Made by a program: the position numbers and the translations under genes
Source of the DNA: Deltaproteobacteria bacterium
GTDB taxonomy: Bacteria; Myxococcota; Kuafuiibacteriia; Kuafuiibacteriales; Kuafuiibacteriaceae
Direction of reading: 5' to 3'
Length of the DNA: 64,000 bases
NCBI GenBank assembly: GCA_040218735.1
Contig: JAVJQW010000008.1
Coordinates: 384,001 to 448,000 of the forward strand
Shown: one piece after another, positions 49,355-58,702 of the stretch
Layout: each line of letters opens with the position of its first letter
Position numbering within the stretch: the stretch's first letter is position 1
Notes under the pieces: generated by a model
What the model was told of the DNA's origin: nothing
Databases searched by the model: none
What the model saw: the letters and a program-made list of their open reading frames with translations, nothing else

Positions 49355-50866
49355 ATGATGAATTTCGTGGCCGGCCCCGCCCGTTGGATATTCCCCTGCG
49401 CGTTCCTCTCGGCGGCGGCCTGTGTGCCGCACGGGTTGGTCGGGGGGCAGCAGGCCATCGCGAATCGCGACGGTGGTGTGTATGTCGCGGAGGACGGCGC
49501 CGTGTTGCCGATCGACTCCGGCGTTCCGCCCGATCACGACGGTGGTCCGCCGCGCGACGCTGGTCCGCCGCGCGACGCGGGCCCCTGGACGCCGCCGCCC
49601 GGGGGCGCCGAGGGATCGCTCGGTGCGTTCCCCGGTGCGCAGGGCTTCGGGACCGAGACGGTCGGAGGTCGTGGCGGTCAGATCCTGCACGTGACGACGC
49701 TGAGCTGGGACGGCCCCGGCTCGTTCTCCGAGGCGCTCTACACCCCGGGCGCGCGCATCATCGTGTTCGAGGTGAGCGGCGTGATCGACGTGCCCGACGT
49801 CGGACGTGAGATGGGACCAGAGCACTCGTTCCTGACGATCGCCGGGCAGACGTCACCGGGGGGCATCACGTTCCGCGGCAACGGCGTCGGCGGACCGACG
49901 TTGTTCTTCTACGCGCCGCAGGCGCCGGACGATCGAAAGCTGCACGACGTCATCGTGCGGTTCGTCCGCTTCCGCGGCCACGGCAACACGGACAACGTGA
50001 CGATCGCGGGTGCGCATCACCTCGTGTTCGATCACTGCGACTTCTCGGGCGCCGACGACGAAGCGCTCGACATCACCTACGCACACGACGTGACGATCTC
50101 CTGGAGCACCGTCGCGAACAGCGGGCCGGGCAGCCACTACGGCTTCCTGTTCGCGTACGCGCCGAGCACGCGCTTTTCGTATCACCACAACCTCAGCGCG
50201 AATCACGCGAACCGTTGCGGCGCAAACATCCACTGGGACGAGGGTGGGCCGCCGGCCGAGGGCGTCGACATCGACATCCGCAACAACGTCCTGCACAACT
50301 GCGGCAACGAGTCGTTCTTCCACTTCTGGACGGGTGACTGGTCGCCGGGCACGGTGCGCGCGAACTTCGTCGGCAACACGATGTCCGAGGGCCCCAACAC
50401 CCACAACGGCTCGGTCGCGATGTTCGGACTCGACCGTCCCGTCGCGGTGTTCGCCGACGACAACAGCTACCCCGGCTATCCGCTGCACCCGGACTGGGGG
50501 AATCCGGAGCTGGTCGGTTCGGCGCACCCGATGGCGCCCGTCGACACGGCGCCGCACGCCGACGCCTACGAGCGGGTGCTCGCGCGGGCAGGCGCGTGGC
50601 CGCGCGACGCGATGAACGTGCGCACGGTCGGCCAGGTTCGATCCGGCGAAGGCGGCTACGGCCTGGTGAACGACCCGGTGATCGAGTCGGGCCCGCCGCC
50701 GCCGGCCGACGTGGATCGCGACGGGATGCCGGACGCGTGGGAGGAGATGAACGGCCTGGTCGTCGGCACCGACGACTCGGCGGGGGATCTCGACGACGAC
50801 GGGTGGACGAACATCGAGGAGTACCTCGAAGCGCGCGCGCAGAGCCTGATCGGCGTGACGCCTTAG
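49355..50866 (+). CDS. pectate lyase-like (PL1) beta-helix lipoprotein
   Basis: 'AFPGAQGFG....GGRGG..VT.L..GPGS', 'TIAGQT.PG', 'DHC..S...DE' and C-terminal 'D.D.DGMPD.WE...NIEEYL'. Lipobox AAA-C. Confidence 0.85.
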   Translation: MMNFVAGPARWIFPCAFLSAAACVPHGLVGGQQAIANRDGGVYVAEDGAVLPIDSGVPPDHDGGPPRDAGPPRDAGPWTPPPGGAEGSLGAFPGAQGFGTETVGGRGGQILHVTTLSWDGPGSFSEALYTPGARIIVFEVSGVIDVPDVGREMGPEHSFLTIAGQTSPGGITFRGNGVGGPTLFFYAPQAPDDRKLHDVIVRFVRFRGHGNTDNVTIAGAHHLVFDHCDFSGADDEALDITYAHDVTISWSTVANSGPGSHYGFLFAYAPSTRFSYHHNLSANHANRCGANIHWDEGGPPAEGVDIDIRNNVLHNCGNESFFHFWTGDWSPGTVRANFVGNTMSEGPNTHNGSVAMFGLDRPVAVFADDNSYPGYPLHPDWGNPELVGSAHPMAPVDTAPHADAYERVLARAGAWPRDAMNVRTVGQVRSGEGGYGLVNDPVIESGPPPPADVDRDGMPDAWEEMNGLVVGTDDSAGDLDDDGWTNIEEYLEARAQSLIGVTP

Positions 50867-51078
50867 CCGGCCTTCTTCTTCAGGAGTGCTCGCGCCCCCT
50901 CGAACGCGAGCCACAGCCACGGCGCCCCGTGCATCGCGAGGTCGCCCCAGTCCATCAGCTTCATCCCGTCCGCGCCGCCCGCGACCCAGCGGATCTTCCC
51001 GACCACGTGCGGCTCGGGGAGGTACGGCGCGAGGCCGAGCGTGGCGCAAGCGATCAGGGGGACGAGGAGGTTGCGCAT
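50863..51078 (-). CDS. small conserved membrane protein
   Basis: 71 aa from the ATG at 51078: 'TLGLAPY.PEPH..GK..W...DW.DL..HG.P', a recognisable conserved small-protein pattern. Confidence 0.75.
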   Translation of the reverse strand: MRNLLVPLIACATLGLAPYLPEPHVVGKIRWVAGGADGMKLMDWGDLAMHGAPWLWLAFEGARALLKKKAG

Positions 51079-51091
51079 CGTGGGGCGGGAT

Positions 51092-52426
51092 TCAGCCCGC
51101 TCCGGCGGTGGCGAGCAAGCGCTCACGAAACGCGGGGTCGAAGTACTGGATGCCCACGGACCCGTCGAGAGCCGGCCAGCCGCCCGCGGGTGCCGGGAGG
51201 TCGAAGCCCCGCTCGGCGAGGGCGCACGCGACGACGTGAGCGATCTTACTCGGGACTGCCGGGATGCGCATACGCGCGAGCGGCTCCCCGGGCGGCGCGC
51301 GGCCATCACCAAAGGCGCTGGCGAAGACCACTGGTGTGCGTCCCGTCTTCTGAACACGGCGCATCGCGCGAATGACGTCGTGCCCATCCGGTTCGGGCAT
51401 TACGTCATCGAGAATCACCAGATCCACGATGCGCTCCGACAGTCTGACGAACGCTTCGGCCCCTCCGTGCGCGCAGGTGACGTGCACCTCCGGGAAGCTC
51501 CGGCGCAATCCACGCGCAATGCCGCGCGTCGCAAGCACTTCGTCGTTGACGACGAGAACGTGCGGTCTGCGCGGTGGTATCACGCAGTCCTCGGCCCCCT
51601 CCGCCGCCTCGACCCTCGGTCCCGAGCGAGCTTTGAGATCGCCGACAACGGTCGGGTCGTAGCCACGCCGAGCGAGGGCAGCGCCGAATCGACCGCGAAG
51701 CGCCGCAATCGAATAGGGTTCGTTGAAGACTGCGAACGGTGCATAGGGTGCGAAGTCGAATTCCGAACAGTTCGTGCCTCGCTTGATCATGAGGTCGCTG
51801 ACACCATGGTCCGATCGAGCTCGGATCCGATCGAGTACGGCGAGTCCCCCTGGTGCTGGCAGGAACGAGTCCGCGAAGACCAGATCGAAGTTCTCACGCG
51901 AGAGGATGTCGATCGCCTCTTCCGCCGAACCTGTCCCGCGGAGTCGAAGGTACGGCCGAAACTTCCCGAGGTGGCGAGCCATGGAACGCAGAAGCGGCAA
52001 CTCATCTTCGATGATCAGCACGGAAGGACGCTCGTCGATGTTCGGGAGGTCATGAGCAAAGGAGCGTTCGTGAACGTCCTCGAGACGAACGCGGAGCGCC
52101 TCGGCGGCTTCGAAGGCAGAAGGTCGGTCCAGACCCTGCCGCCCGAGGTCCCGTCGGCGAGCGTGGCGTCCCGACTCGATCACCGCGACGCCCGGGGTGG
52201 GTTGAGGTTCCTTGGGGCCCTCGGGCATCACGGCCAGGGAGATGCGTTTCGGCGCCTCCTCGATCGATTCGACCATCGTGACGTCGGCGAACGCCGCAAC
52301 GACCCGGCGCCACAGTTTCACCGCATAGGTGTCTTCGTGGAGGACCAGCACGACCGCGGGGTCCTTCGATCGCGCCGGATGAATTCCGTGTTCGGAGAGG
52401 TCGATGGTCACGTCTTCGTAACTCAC
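51092..52426 (-). CDS. protein with tandem atypical receiver (REC) domains
   Basis: 'VLIIEDE...DLVFAD..LP..GG' and 'VLVVNDE...DLVILDDVMPEPDG...PVVFASA'. Start is uncertain (GTG at 52426 chosen; the ORF extends to 52558). Confidence 0.65.
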   Translation of the reverse strand: MSYEDVTIDLSEHGIHPARSKDPAVVLVLHEDTYAVKLWRRVVAAFADVTMVESIEEAPKRISLAVMPEGPKEPQPTPGVAVIESGRHARRRDLGRQGLDRPSAFEAAEALRVRLEDVHERSFAHDLPNIDERPSVLIIEDELPLLRSMARHLGKFRPYLRLRGTGSAEEAIDILSRENFDLVFADSFLPAPGGLAVLDRIRARSDHGVSDLMIKRGTNCSEFDFAPYAPFAVFNEPYSIAALRGRFGAALARRGYDPTVVGDLKARSGPRVEAAEGAEDCVIPPRRPHVLVVNDEVLATRGIARGLRRSFPEVHVTCAHGGAEAFVRLSERIVDLVILDDVMPEPDGHDVIRAMRRVQKTGRTPVVFASAFGDGRAPPGEPLARMRIPAVPSKIAHVVACALAERGFDLPAPAGGWPALDGSVGIQYFDPAFRERLLATAGAG

Positions 52427-52499
52427 CGTTCGATCATGAGTTGGGTCGAGGTGTGCATTCGAGGCCCCGCGTAGGTGTCCACCCCCGATGGTCCAAGGA

Positions 52500-53315
52500 T
52501 CAGTTGCAGTCGAAGCCCTCGCCCCGCTCCGCGTCACTGACCGCCCCGTCACCATCATCGTCGTCGAAGTAGCTGTTTCGGTCGCAGACGGCGCCCGAAC
52601 CCGAGCCCTCGAAGTTGTCGTCGACGTCGTTGCGCACGAGGATCGAGTTGTTGCCGTCGTTGACGAGGTTCCCGAAGACGTCCACCTCCGCGACGAGGCA
52701 ATTGTTCGATCGGATGAGTAGGTTTCCGTCCACGACGGAGAAGACGAACGCCGCGGTGTTCAGGTCCATGGTCACGTTCCCCGTGACACGTACCCCGCGC
52801 ACCCTCGCGTTGTTTCCGGTGATCAACAAGTCACCGTCGATGATCGATTTGTCCGGGCCGTTGCCGTAGAGCGTCACGTCGTTGCCGTCGATCACCACGT
52901 CACCTTCGACCGCCTGCCCGTCGGTCTCCGCAGCGAACGTGATGACGGCGCCGTTGCCCTGCTGCGGGATCGTCGTGCCGCCGCCTTCCGCGATGGTGAC
53001 GTCGTCGGGGCCGCCGCCGTCGGTGTCCTCGTAACAGACGACCTCACGGACCTCGCCGTCGACCACGACGACATCGACGGGCCCTTCATCCGACTTGCAG
53101 TACTTGCCGCGGCGCTCGACGGGTGTGCACGTGTCGTCCGAGACCTGCACGCAGTCGTTGTCGCCGGAGGCCGTGGCGACCGAGCCTTCTCCGTCCGCGC
53201 CGCCGATCACGGTGACGTCGCCGTCCTCGTAGTCCTGGTAGGGCTGCTGAAAGAGGACGTCGTCGTCCCCGCACCCGAGGGCGAGCGTGAGGAGCCAGAG
53301 GGCCGAGCGCTTCAT
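52500..53315 (-). CDS. acidic lipoprotein with beta-helix repeats
   Basis: LALG-C lipobox and 'GD..I.GN...V' beta-solenoid repeats. Confidence 0.8.
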   Translation of the reverse strand: MKRSALWLLTLALGCGDDDVLFQQPYQDYEDGDVTVIGGADGEGSVATASGDNDCVQVSDDTCTPVERRGKYCKSDEGPVDVVVVDGEVREVVCYEDTDGGGPDDVTIAEGGGTTIPQQGNGAVITFAAETDGQAVEGDVVIDGNDVTLYGNGPDKSIIDGDLLITGNNARVRGVRVTGNVTMDLNTAAFVFSVVDGNLLIRSNNCLVAEVDVFGNLVNDGNNSILVRNDVDDNFEGSGSGAVCDRNSYFDDDDGDGAVSDAERGEGFDCN

Positions 53316-53395
53316 TCGCGCAGCGTGCCATCGAACGCCTCCCTCACCGGCGACGCGTGCGGCACAAGCGTATACGTTTCGACTTCAGGGGCGTG

Positions 53396-53872
53396 TCACG
53401 CGGTCGCGCGCGGGTCTTGTGGACCGTCGACCTGCACCACCTTCACCCCGTGGGACTCCAGGTACGCGCAGCCGTTCTCACCCACGTACCCACCCGTCAC
53501 GACGAGCACGCGCTGAATCCCTGCGTGGTGGATCAGCTTCGCGCACAGGAGGCACGGTTCGCCGGTCACCAGCAGCCACGCGTCGCGCGTGGGGACGCCG
53601 TTGGCGGCGGCGTTGCAGATGACGTTCATCTCGGCGTGGTGGCAGCCGATCTCCATGCGCGTCCCCGACTGTACGTTCATCGTGTCGCGGAGGCAGGCCG
53701 TGTCCCCGCAGAGCTCGCCGCCGCCGCGCGGGCCGCCGTTGTAGCCGTCCATCAGGACGACGTTGCGCGTCGGGTCGACGAGGAGCGCGCCGAACTTTCG
53801 GCGTGGGCAGTTCGACGCCTTCGCGAGGGCGAGGCACTGCTCGATGCGGATCTTGATGTGCTTTTCCTTCAT
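53396..53872 (-). CDS. dCMP deaminase/ComEB family zinc deaminase
   Basis: 'S.C.RR..GA', 'GYNG.P.G', HAEMN and PCLLC. Confidence 0.9.
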   Translation of the reverse strand: MKEKHIKIRIEQCLALAKASNCPRRKFGALLVDPTRNVVLMDGYNGGPRGGGELCGDTACLRDTMNVQSGTRMEIGCHHAEMNVICNAAANGVPTRDAWLLVTGEPCLLCAKLIHHAGIQRVLVVTGGYVGENGCAYLESHGVKVVQVDGPQDPRATA

Positions 53873-53922
53873 CGGAGGCTTCGCAGTCCTATCAGGTCGC
53901 CGATGCGGTATGAACCTCGACG

Positions 53923-55098
53923 ATGACGTCGAACCCCTTCGCCACTCCCGTCGCGAAGCCCACGCCGCAGCAGGGCGTCGCCCTCGTCGTCGCGCTCCTG
54001 CTCATCGCGTACGGGTTCGAGCACATCGGCTTCTATGGCTTCCGGGCGCACGCCATCACCGCGCTGGTCGACCAGCTCGGCTCCGACGACGTGTTCCAGG
54101 CCTACGGCACCCTCACGGGGGTCACCGTGTACGGGAGCCTCCTCGGCGGTCTCGTCGCCATTGCGACCGGCCCCCGCGTGCTCGTCCTCGCCGGGACGAT
54201 CTTGGCCGCGGTCGGGATGGGGCTGTTCGTCGTCGACCTCCACCTCGTCGGCGCGGGGCTCCTCACGCTCGGCGTCGTCCTCTACCGCGTGTGCATCCCC
54301 GCCTGGGTGATCCTCGGCGTTCGCCACCTCACCTTCGCGCGACGCGTCGGGATCCTCCTGCTGATGTACACCGCGATGAACGTCGGGTCGGGCCTCGGAC
54401 CGATCCTCGGCACCGCCCTCGGGGGGGCGTCGACCGAGCTCCCCTTCATCCTCATGTCGGCGGCGATGCTCATCGCGTTCGGCGGCTTCCTCGCCGCCTA
54501 CCTCCGGCAACGCCAGTTCGACGAGGCCCCCCGCCCCGCCCCTCGCGGCCTCGTGGCGTGGTTGCTCGCGCTCCTGCTCGCGTCGTTGGTCGCCGCGCTC
54601 ACCAGTCGCCAATCGATGGACGTCCTGCGCGGCGCCGACATGCAGTGGGGCACCGCGATCGGCCCGGTCGGAGGGCTCGTCTTCGCGCTCGCCGTCGGCG
54701 TCGTCGCGACGATCGGTGCGGCCAACGTCGCCCGGTCCTACGCGGTCCTCGCGGTCTTGGTGCTCACCCCCGTCGGCGGTCTGCTCGCGGTGGCCGGCGG
54801 CACGTTCAACAGCGTCGTGGCCGCGATGGTCGGTGCCGTGACGATCGCTCTCGCCGAGACCCTGTGCTCCGCCGTCGCGCTCGCGCTCATCGCGGGGGTG
54901 CGTCCGCGGTTCGTCGCGGCCGTCGTCGGTGGTTGGATCACGATCCGCGCGCTCACCTACCAGGTCGGGGAGGCGGCCGGTGATCTGACACTCTTCGCGT
55001 TGATCGCCGCGATCGCCGCGTCGTTCCTCGCCCTCGCCGTCGCGTTGAAGTTCCGGCGGTCGATCGATGAGCCCCCCGCAACGCCGAATGCGGTATGA
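53923..55098 (+). CDS. MFS transporter, POT/PTR-like (degenerate motifs)
   Basis: About 12 hydrophobic segments. 'FEHIGFYGFRA' resembles ExxERFxYYG and 'MYTAMNVG' resembles FYxxxNxG. Confidence 0.7.
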   Translation: MTSNPFATPVAKPTPQQGVALVVALLLIAYGFEHIGFYGFRAHAITALVDQLGSDDVFQAYGTLTGVTVYGSLLGGLVAIATGPRVLVLAGTILAAVGMGLFVVDLHLVGAGLLTLGVVLYRVCIPAWVILGVRHLTFARRVGILLLMYTAMNVGSGLGPILGTALGGASTELPFILMSAAMLIAFGGFLAAYLRQRQFDEAPRPAPRGLVAWLLALLLASLVAALTSRQSMDVLRGADMQWGTAIGPVGGLVFALAVGVVATIGAANVARSYAVLAVLVLTPVGGLLAVAGGTFNSVVAAMVGAVTIALAETLCSAVALALIAGVRPRFVAAVVGGWITIRALTYQVGEAAGDLTLFALIAAIAASFLALAVALKFRRSIDEPPATPNAV

Positions 55099-57728
55099 CG
55101 CCGCCCATGGCTTCCTCGCGCCGACTCGTCCTCGTCGACGGCACCGCGATGATCTATCGCGCGTACTTCGCGATCCCCGGGCACCTGTCCACCGCGTTCG
55201 GCCTCCACACCAACGCGATCTACGGCTTCGCGACGATGTTCCAGAAGCTGTTCGCACAACGGAAGCCCGACTTCGGCGCGGTCGTGTTCGACGCCCCCGG
55301 CAAGACGTTCCGCGACGAACAATACGAGGACTACAAAGCGGACCGCGCGCCGATGGAGGACAAACTCAAGGCGCAGCTCCCGTGGATCACACGCCTCGTC
55401 GAAGCGCAGAACTTCCACATCCTGAAGGTGCCCGGCTACGAGGCCGACGACGTCATCGGCACCCTTACGAAGCAGGCGCGCGCCGAGGGGATCGAGGTGC
55501 TGATCGTCTCCGCCGACAAGGACTTCTCACAACTCATCGACGACGACGTGAAGATGTTCGATCCGATGCGCGACGTGACTTACGACGCCGTGCTCGTGAA
55601 GAAGAAGTGGGGCGTCCCGCCGTCGCAGTTCATCGATCTGCTCGCGCTCCTCGGCGACAAGATCGACAACATCCCAGGCGTCCCCGGGATCGGTAAGAAG
55701 GGCGCCGCCGATCTCCTCACCAAGTACGGCTCGCTCGACGCCACCCTCGAACACCTCGACGAGCTCTCCACGCGCTACAAGAACGCGCTCACCGAGCACC
55801 GCGAGGACGCGAAGCTCAGCCAGCAGCTCGCCACCATCGACCAGGCCGTCCCCCTCGAGGAGACGGTCTCGGACCTCGTGCTCGAGGCGCCCTCCGTCGA
55901 AGTCCTCAACGCGCTCTACCGCGAGCTCGAGTTCTACTCGCTCCTCGAAGGTGAAGATCTCCCCGACGTCGACGCGAAGAAGATCGAGATCGTCGAAGAC
56001 GTCGCGCCGCTGGTCGAAGCGCTCCACGCCGCGAAGGACGTCGCGGTCGCGGCGATCCACGAGAAACCCAGCGCGATCGTCGGGGCCTGGGTCGGCGCGG
56101 CGTTCAGCTTCGACGACCGCATCGTCTACGTCCCGCTCGACGACGACCGCATCACCCAGCTCGCACCCTGGTTCGCCTCCGACGTTCCGAAGGTGACCCA
56201 CGACGTGAAGTCGCTGTGGCACCTCGTCCGCCGCGCCGGCCACCCGCTGAACGGCGTCGTGTTCGACACGATGCTCGCGTCGTATCTCGTCGACCCCGTC
56301 GCGAGCATCCCGCACCGGCTCGAACAGCTCGTGAAGGTTCACCTGCACCGGACGCTGTCGCCGGTGAAGCGCATCATCGGCGCCGGGAAGTCGGAGAAGA
56401 AGTTCGCCGAAGTGGCCGTCGATGATCTCGCGCCGTACGCCGCCGAGATCGTCGGCGCGATCCGCGAGACCTGGCCCAAACTCACGAAGCGCATCGACGA
56501 AGAGGGCCACGCGGAGAAACTCGCGAACACCGAGCTTCCGCTGTCGTTCGTGCTCGGCCGGCTCGAGGAGGACGGCGTGCTGATCGACGTCGAAGATCTC
56601 GAACGCATCGGCGCCGAGCTCGCGGAGCGCCTCGCGGATCTCGAGGAGCGCATCTACGAAATCGCCGGGGAGAGGTTCAACGTCGCATCCACGAAGCAGC
56701 TGAGTCACATCCTCTTCGAGAAGCTGGAGCTCCCGGTGATCAAGAGGACGAAGACCGGTTATTCGACCGCCGTCGACGTCCTGGAGCGCCTCGCCAAGAA
56801 ACACGAGATCGCGGCGCTACTCATCGACCACCGAAAAGTCTCCAAACTCATCAGCACGTACACCAACGTCCTCGTCGAAGCCGTCGACCCCTCGACGAAG
56901 CGCGTTCACGCGTCCTACCAGCAGACCGTCGCCACGACCGGCCGCATCATCTCGACGGACCCGGATCTCCAACGCACCCCGACCAAGACCGAGGACGGCA
57001 AACGAATCCGCCGCGCGTTCATCGCGCCCGAAGGTCACAAACTCATCTCCGCTGACTGGAGTCAGATCGAGCTGAGGATCCTCGCGCACGTCAGCGAGGA
57101 CGAACACCTGATCGAGGCGTTCACCACCGAGACGGACATCCACCGTCGCACGGCGGCGCAGCTCTTCGACGTCGCGCCCGAGGACGTGGACGAAGCGCAG
57201 CGACGCGTCGGTAAGACGGTGAACTTCGCGACGATCTACGGGCAGGGCGCGACCGCGCTCGGGCAGATCCTCGACGTCCCGCGCAAGGAGGCGGAGCGCT
57301 ACATCGCGGCCTACTTCGAATATTACGCGGGCGTGCGGAGCTGGTTGGTCGCGACGATGGAACGCGCCGAGGAGGACGGCTTCGTCACCACGCTGTTCGG
57401 GCGGCGGCGTTACATCCCGGAGCTGTCCAGCAACAACGTCATGGACCGACAGACCGGTCTGCGGATGGCCGCCAACACGCCGATCCAGGGGTCGGCCGCG
57501 GACATCATGAAGCAGACGATGCTCGATATCGCCCGCGCGCTCGAGACCGAGGCGCTCGCGTCGCGAATGGTGCTCCAGATCCACGACGAGATCGTGTTCG
57601 AGTCGCCGGAATCGGAGGTCGACCGCGTCGGTTCCTTGGCGAGGGAGAAGATGCAGTCCGTGGTGTCTCTGCGTGTGCCGCTGGTGGTCGACGTCGGCGT
57701 CGGCGCCACCTGGGCCGACGCACATTGA
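55095..57728 (+). CDS. polA: DNA polymerase I (family A), divergent
   Basis: 5'-3' exonuclease (YRAYFA, EADD, SADKD, GD..DNIPG), motif A DWSQIELR, motif B R...K..NF..IYG and motif C QIHDE. The start may be 55107. Confidence 0.93.
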   Translation: MTPPMASSRRLVLVDGTAMIYRAYFAIPGHLSTAFGLHTNAIYGFATMFQKLFAQRKPDFGAVVFDAPGKTFRDEQYEDYKADRAPMEDKLKAQLPWITRLVEAQNFHILKVPGYEADDVIGTLTKQARAEGIEVLIVSADKDFSQLIDDDVKMFDPMRDVTYDAVLVKKKWGVPPSQFIDLLALLGDKIDNIPGVPGIGKKGAADLLTKYGSLDATLEHLDELSTRYKNALTEHREDAKLSQQLATIDQAVPLEETVSDLVLEAPSVEVLNALYRELEFYSLLEGEDLPDVDAKKIEIVEDVAPLVEALHAAKDVAVAAIHEKPSAIVGAWVGAAFSFDDRIVYVPLDDDRITQLAPWFASDVPKVTHDVKSLWHLVRRAGHPLNGVVFDTMLASYLVDPVASIPHRLEQLVKVHLHRTLSPVKRIIGAGKSEKKFAEVAVDDLAPYAAEIVGAIRETWPKLTKRIDEEGHAEKLANTELPLSFVLGRLEEDGVLIDVEDLERIGAELAERLADLEERIYEIAGERFNVASTKQLSHILFEKLELPVIKRTKTGYSTAVDVLERLAKKHEIAALLIDHRKVSKLISTYTNVLVEAVDPSTKRVHASYQQTVATTGRIISTDPDLQRTPTKTEDGKRIRRAFIAPEGHKLISADWSQIELRILAHVSEDEHLIEAFTTETDIHRRTAAQLFDVAPEDVDEAQRRVGKTVNFATIYGQGATALGQILDVPRKEAERYIAAYFEYYAGVRSWLVATMERAEEDGFVTTLFGRRRYIPELSSNNVMDRQTGLRMAANTPIQGSAADIMKQTMLDIARALETEALASRMVLQIHDEIVFESPESEVDRVGSLAREKMQSVVSLRVPLVVDVGVGATWADAH

Positions 57729-57757
57729 GGTATGGTTCGACCGATGGAGACGTGTGA

Positions 57758-58660
57758 ATGAAACTCCCGTCGCTGTCCGCGCTTCGTGCGTTCGAAGCGG
57801 CCGCGCGTCACCTCTCCTTCACGCGCGCCGCGGAGGAGCTGTGCGTGACCCAGGCCGCGGTGAGTCATCAGGTGCGTGCGCTCGAAGAGGAGCTCGGGCA
57901 CGCGCTCTTCAACCGGCACCCCCGGCGGGTTTCGCTCACCGAGGAGGGGCGCATCCTCTCGCAAGCGGCGTCGTCCGCGTTCTCGGAGATCGCGTACGGC
58001 GTCGAGGCGATGGCCCAGGCCGGGCACACCGGCGCGGTGAACGTGAGCGTGTCGCCGTCGCTGGCGGTGAAGTGGCTGCTGCCGCGGCTCGACGACTTCC
58101 GTGAGAGTCACCCGGAGATCGACGTCCGCATCTCGGCGAACGACCGCCTGATCGACCCGGTGCGCGAGGGGGTCGACCTGTGCATCCGTTACGGGCCCGG
58201 CAACTACCCGGGCCTGGAGACGACGTTGCTCATGAAGGATCAGGTGTACCCGGTGTGCAGCCCGGCCCTGAAGCGTGAGCTGTCGTCGCCGGCCGACCTC
58301 TCCGAGGTCGTCCTGCTGCAGGACGAGATGATGATCGAGGACGACAGCCGCCCGGACTGGAAGAAGTGGTTCGAAGCCGCGGGTGTCGAGGATCCTTGCA
58401 AAGGCGAGACGATCCGCTTCTCCCACGCGGTCATGATGATCGACGCCGCGCTGGCCGGTCAGGGGGTTGCCCTCGGCCGGAGCACCCTCGTGGCCGACGA
58501 TCTGGAGCAGGGGCGCCTCGTGAGGCCCTTCGAGCCCTATTTCGAGTCCGCTTTTGCGTACTGGGTGGCGGTGCCGAAAGGTGCGGTGCTCGGGCCGAAG
58601 ATCACTGCATTCCGGGAGTGGTTGTTAGCTCAGGCCGGGACGGGTGCCCCCACCGGGTGA
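57758..58660 (+). CDS. LysR-family regulator, GcvA-like
   Basis: 'LPSLSALRAFEAAARHLSFTRAAEELCVTQAAVSHQVR.LEE', 'KWLLPRL..F' and 'GQGVAL'. Confidence 0.92.
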   Translation: MKLPSLSALRAFEAAARHLSFTRAAEELCVTQAAVSHQVRALEEELGHALFNRHPRRVSLTEEGRILSQAASSAFSEIAYGVEAMAQAGHTGAVNVSVSPSLAVKWLLPRLDDFRESHPEIDVRISANDRLIDPVREGVDLCIRYGPGNYPGLETTLLMKDQVYPVCSPALKRELSSPADLSEVVLLQDEMMIEDDSRPDWKKWFEAAGVEDPCKGETIRFSHAVMMIDAALAGQGVALGRSTLVADDLEQGRLVRPFEPYFESAFAYWVAVPKGAVLGPKITAFREWLLAQAGTGAPTG

Positions 58661-58702
58661 CGGACTGGCGATTGACCGCCCGCCCTGACGATAATCGGGC
58701 CC

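Noticed and set aside
53316-53330. TGGCACG upstream of lipoprotein 52500..53315
   Set aside because: There is no GC at the -12 position (GA instead), and it is too close to the start codon.
53396-57728. dCMP deaminase plus polA as a phage or anti-phage nucleotide module
   Set aside because: The deaminase is a short stand-alone ComEB-type protein without the kinase-like domain of defence dCTP deaminases. The genes are divergent and separated by a transporter, and there are no phage or integrase genes.
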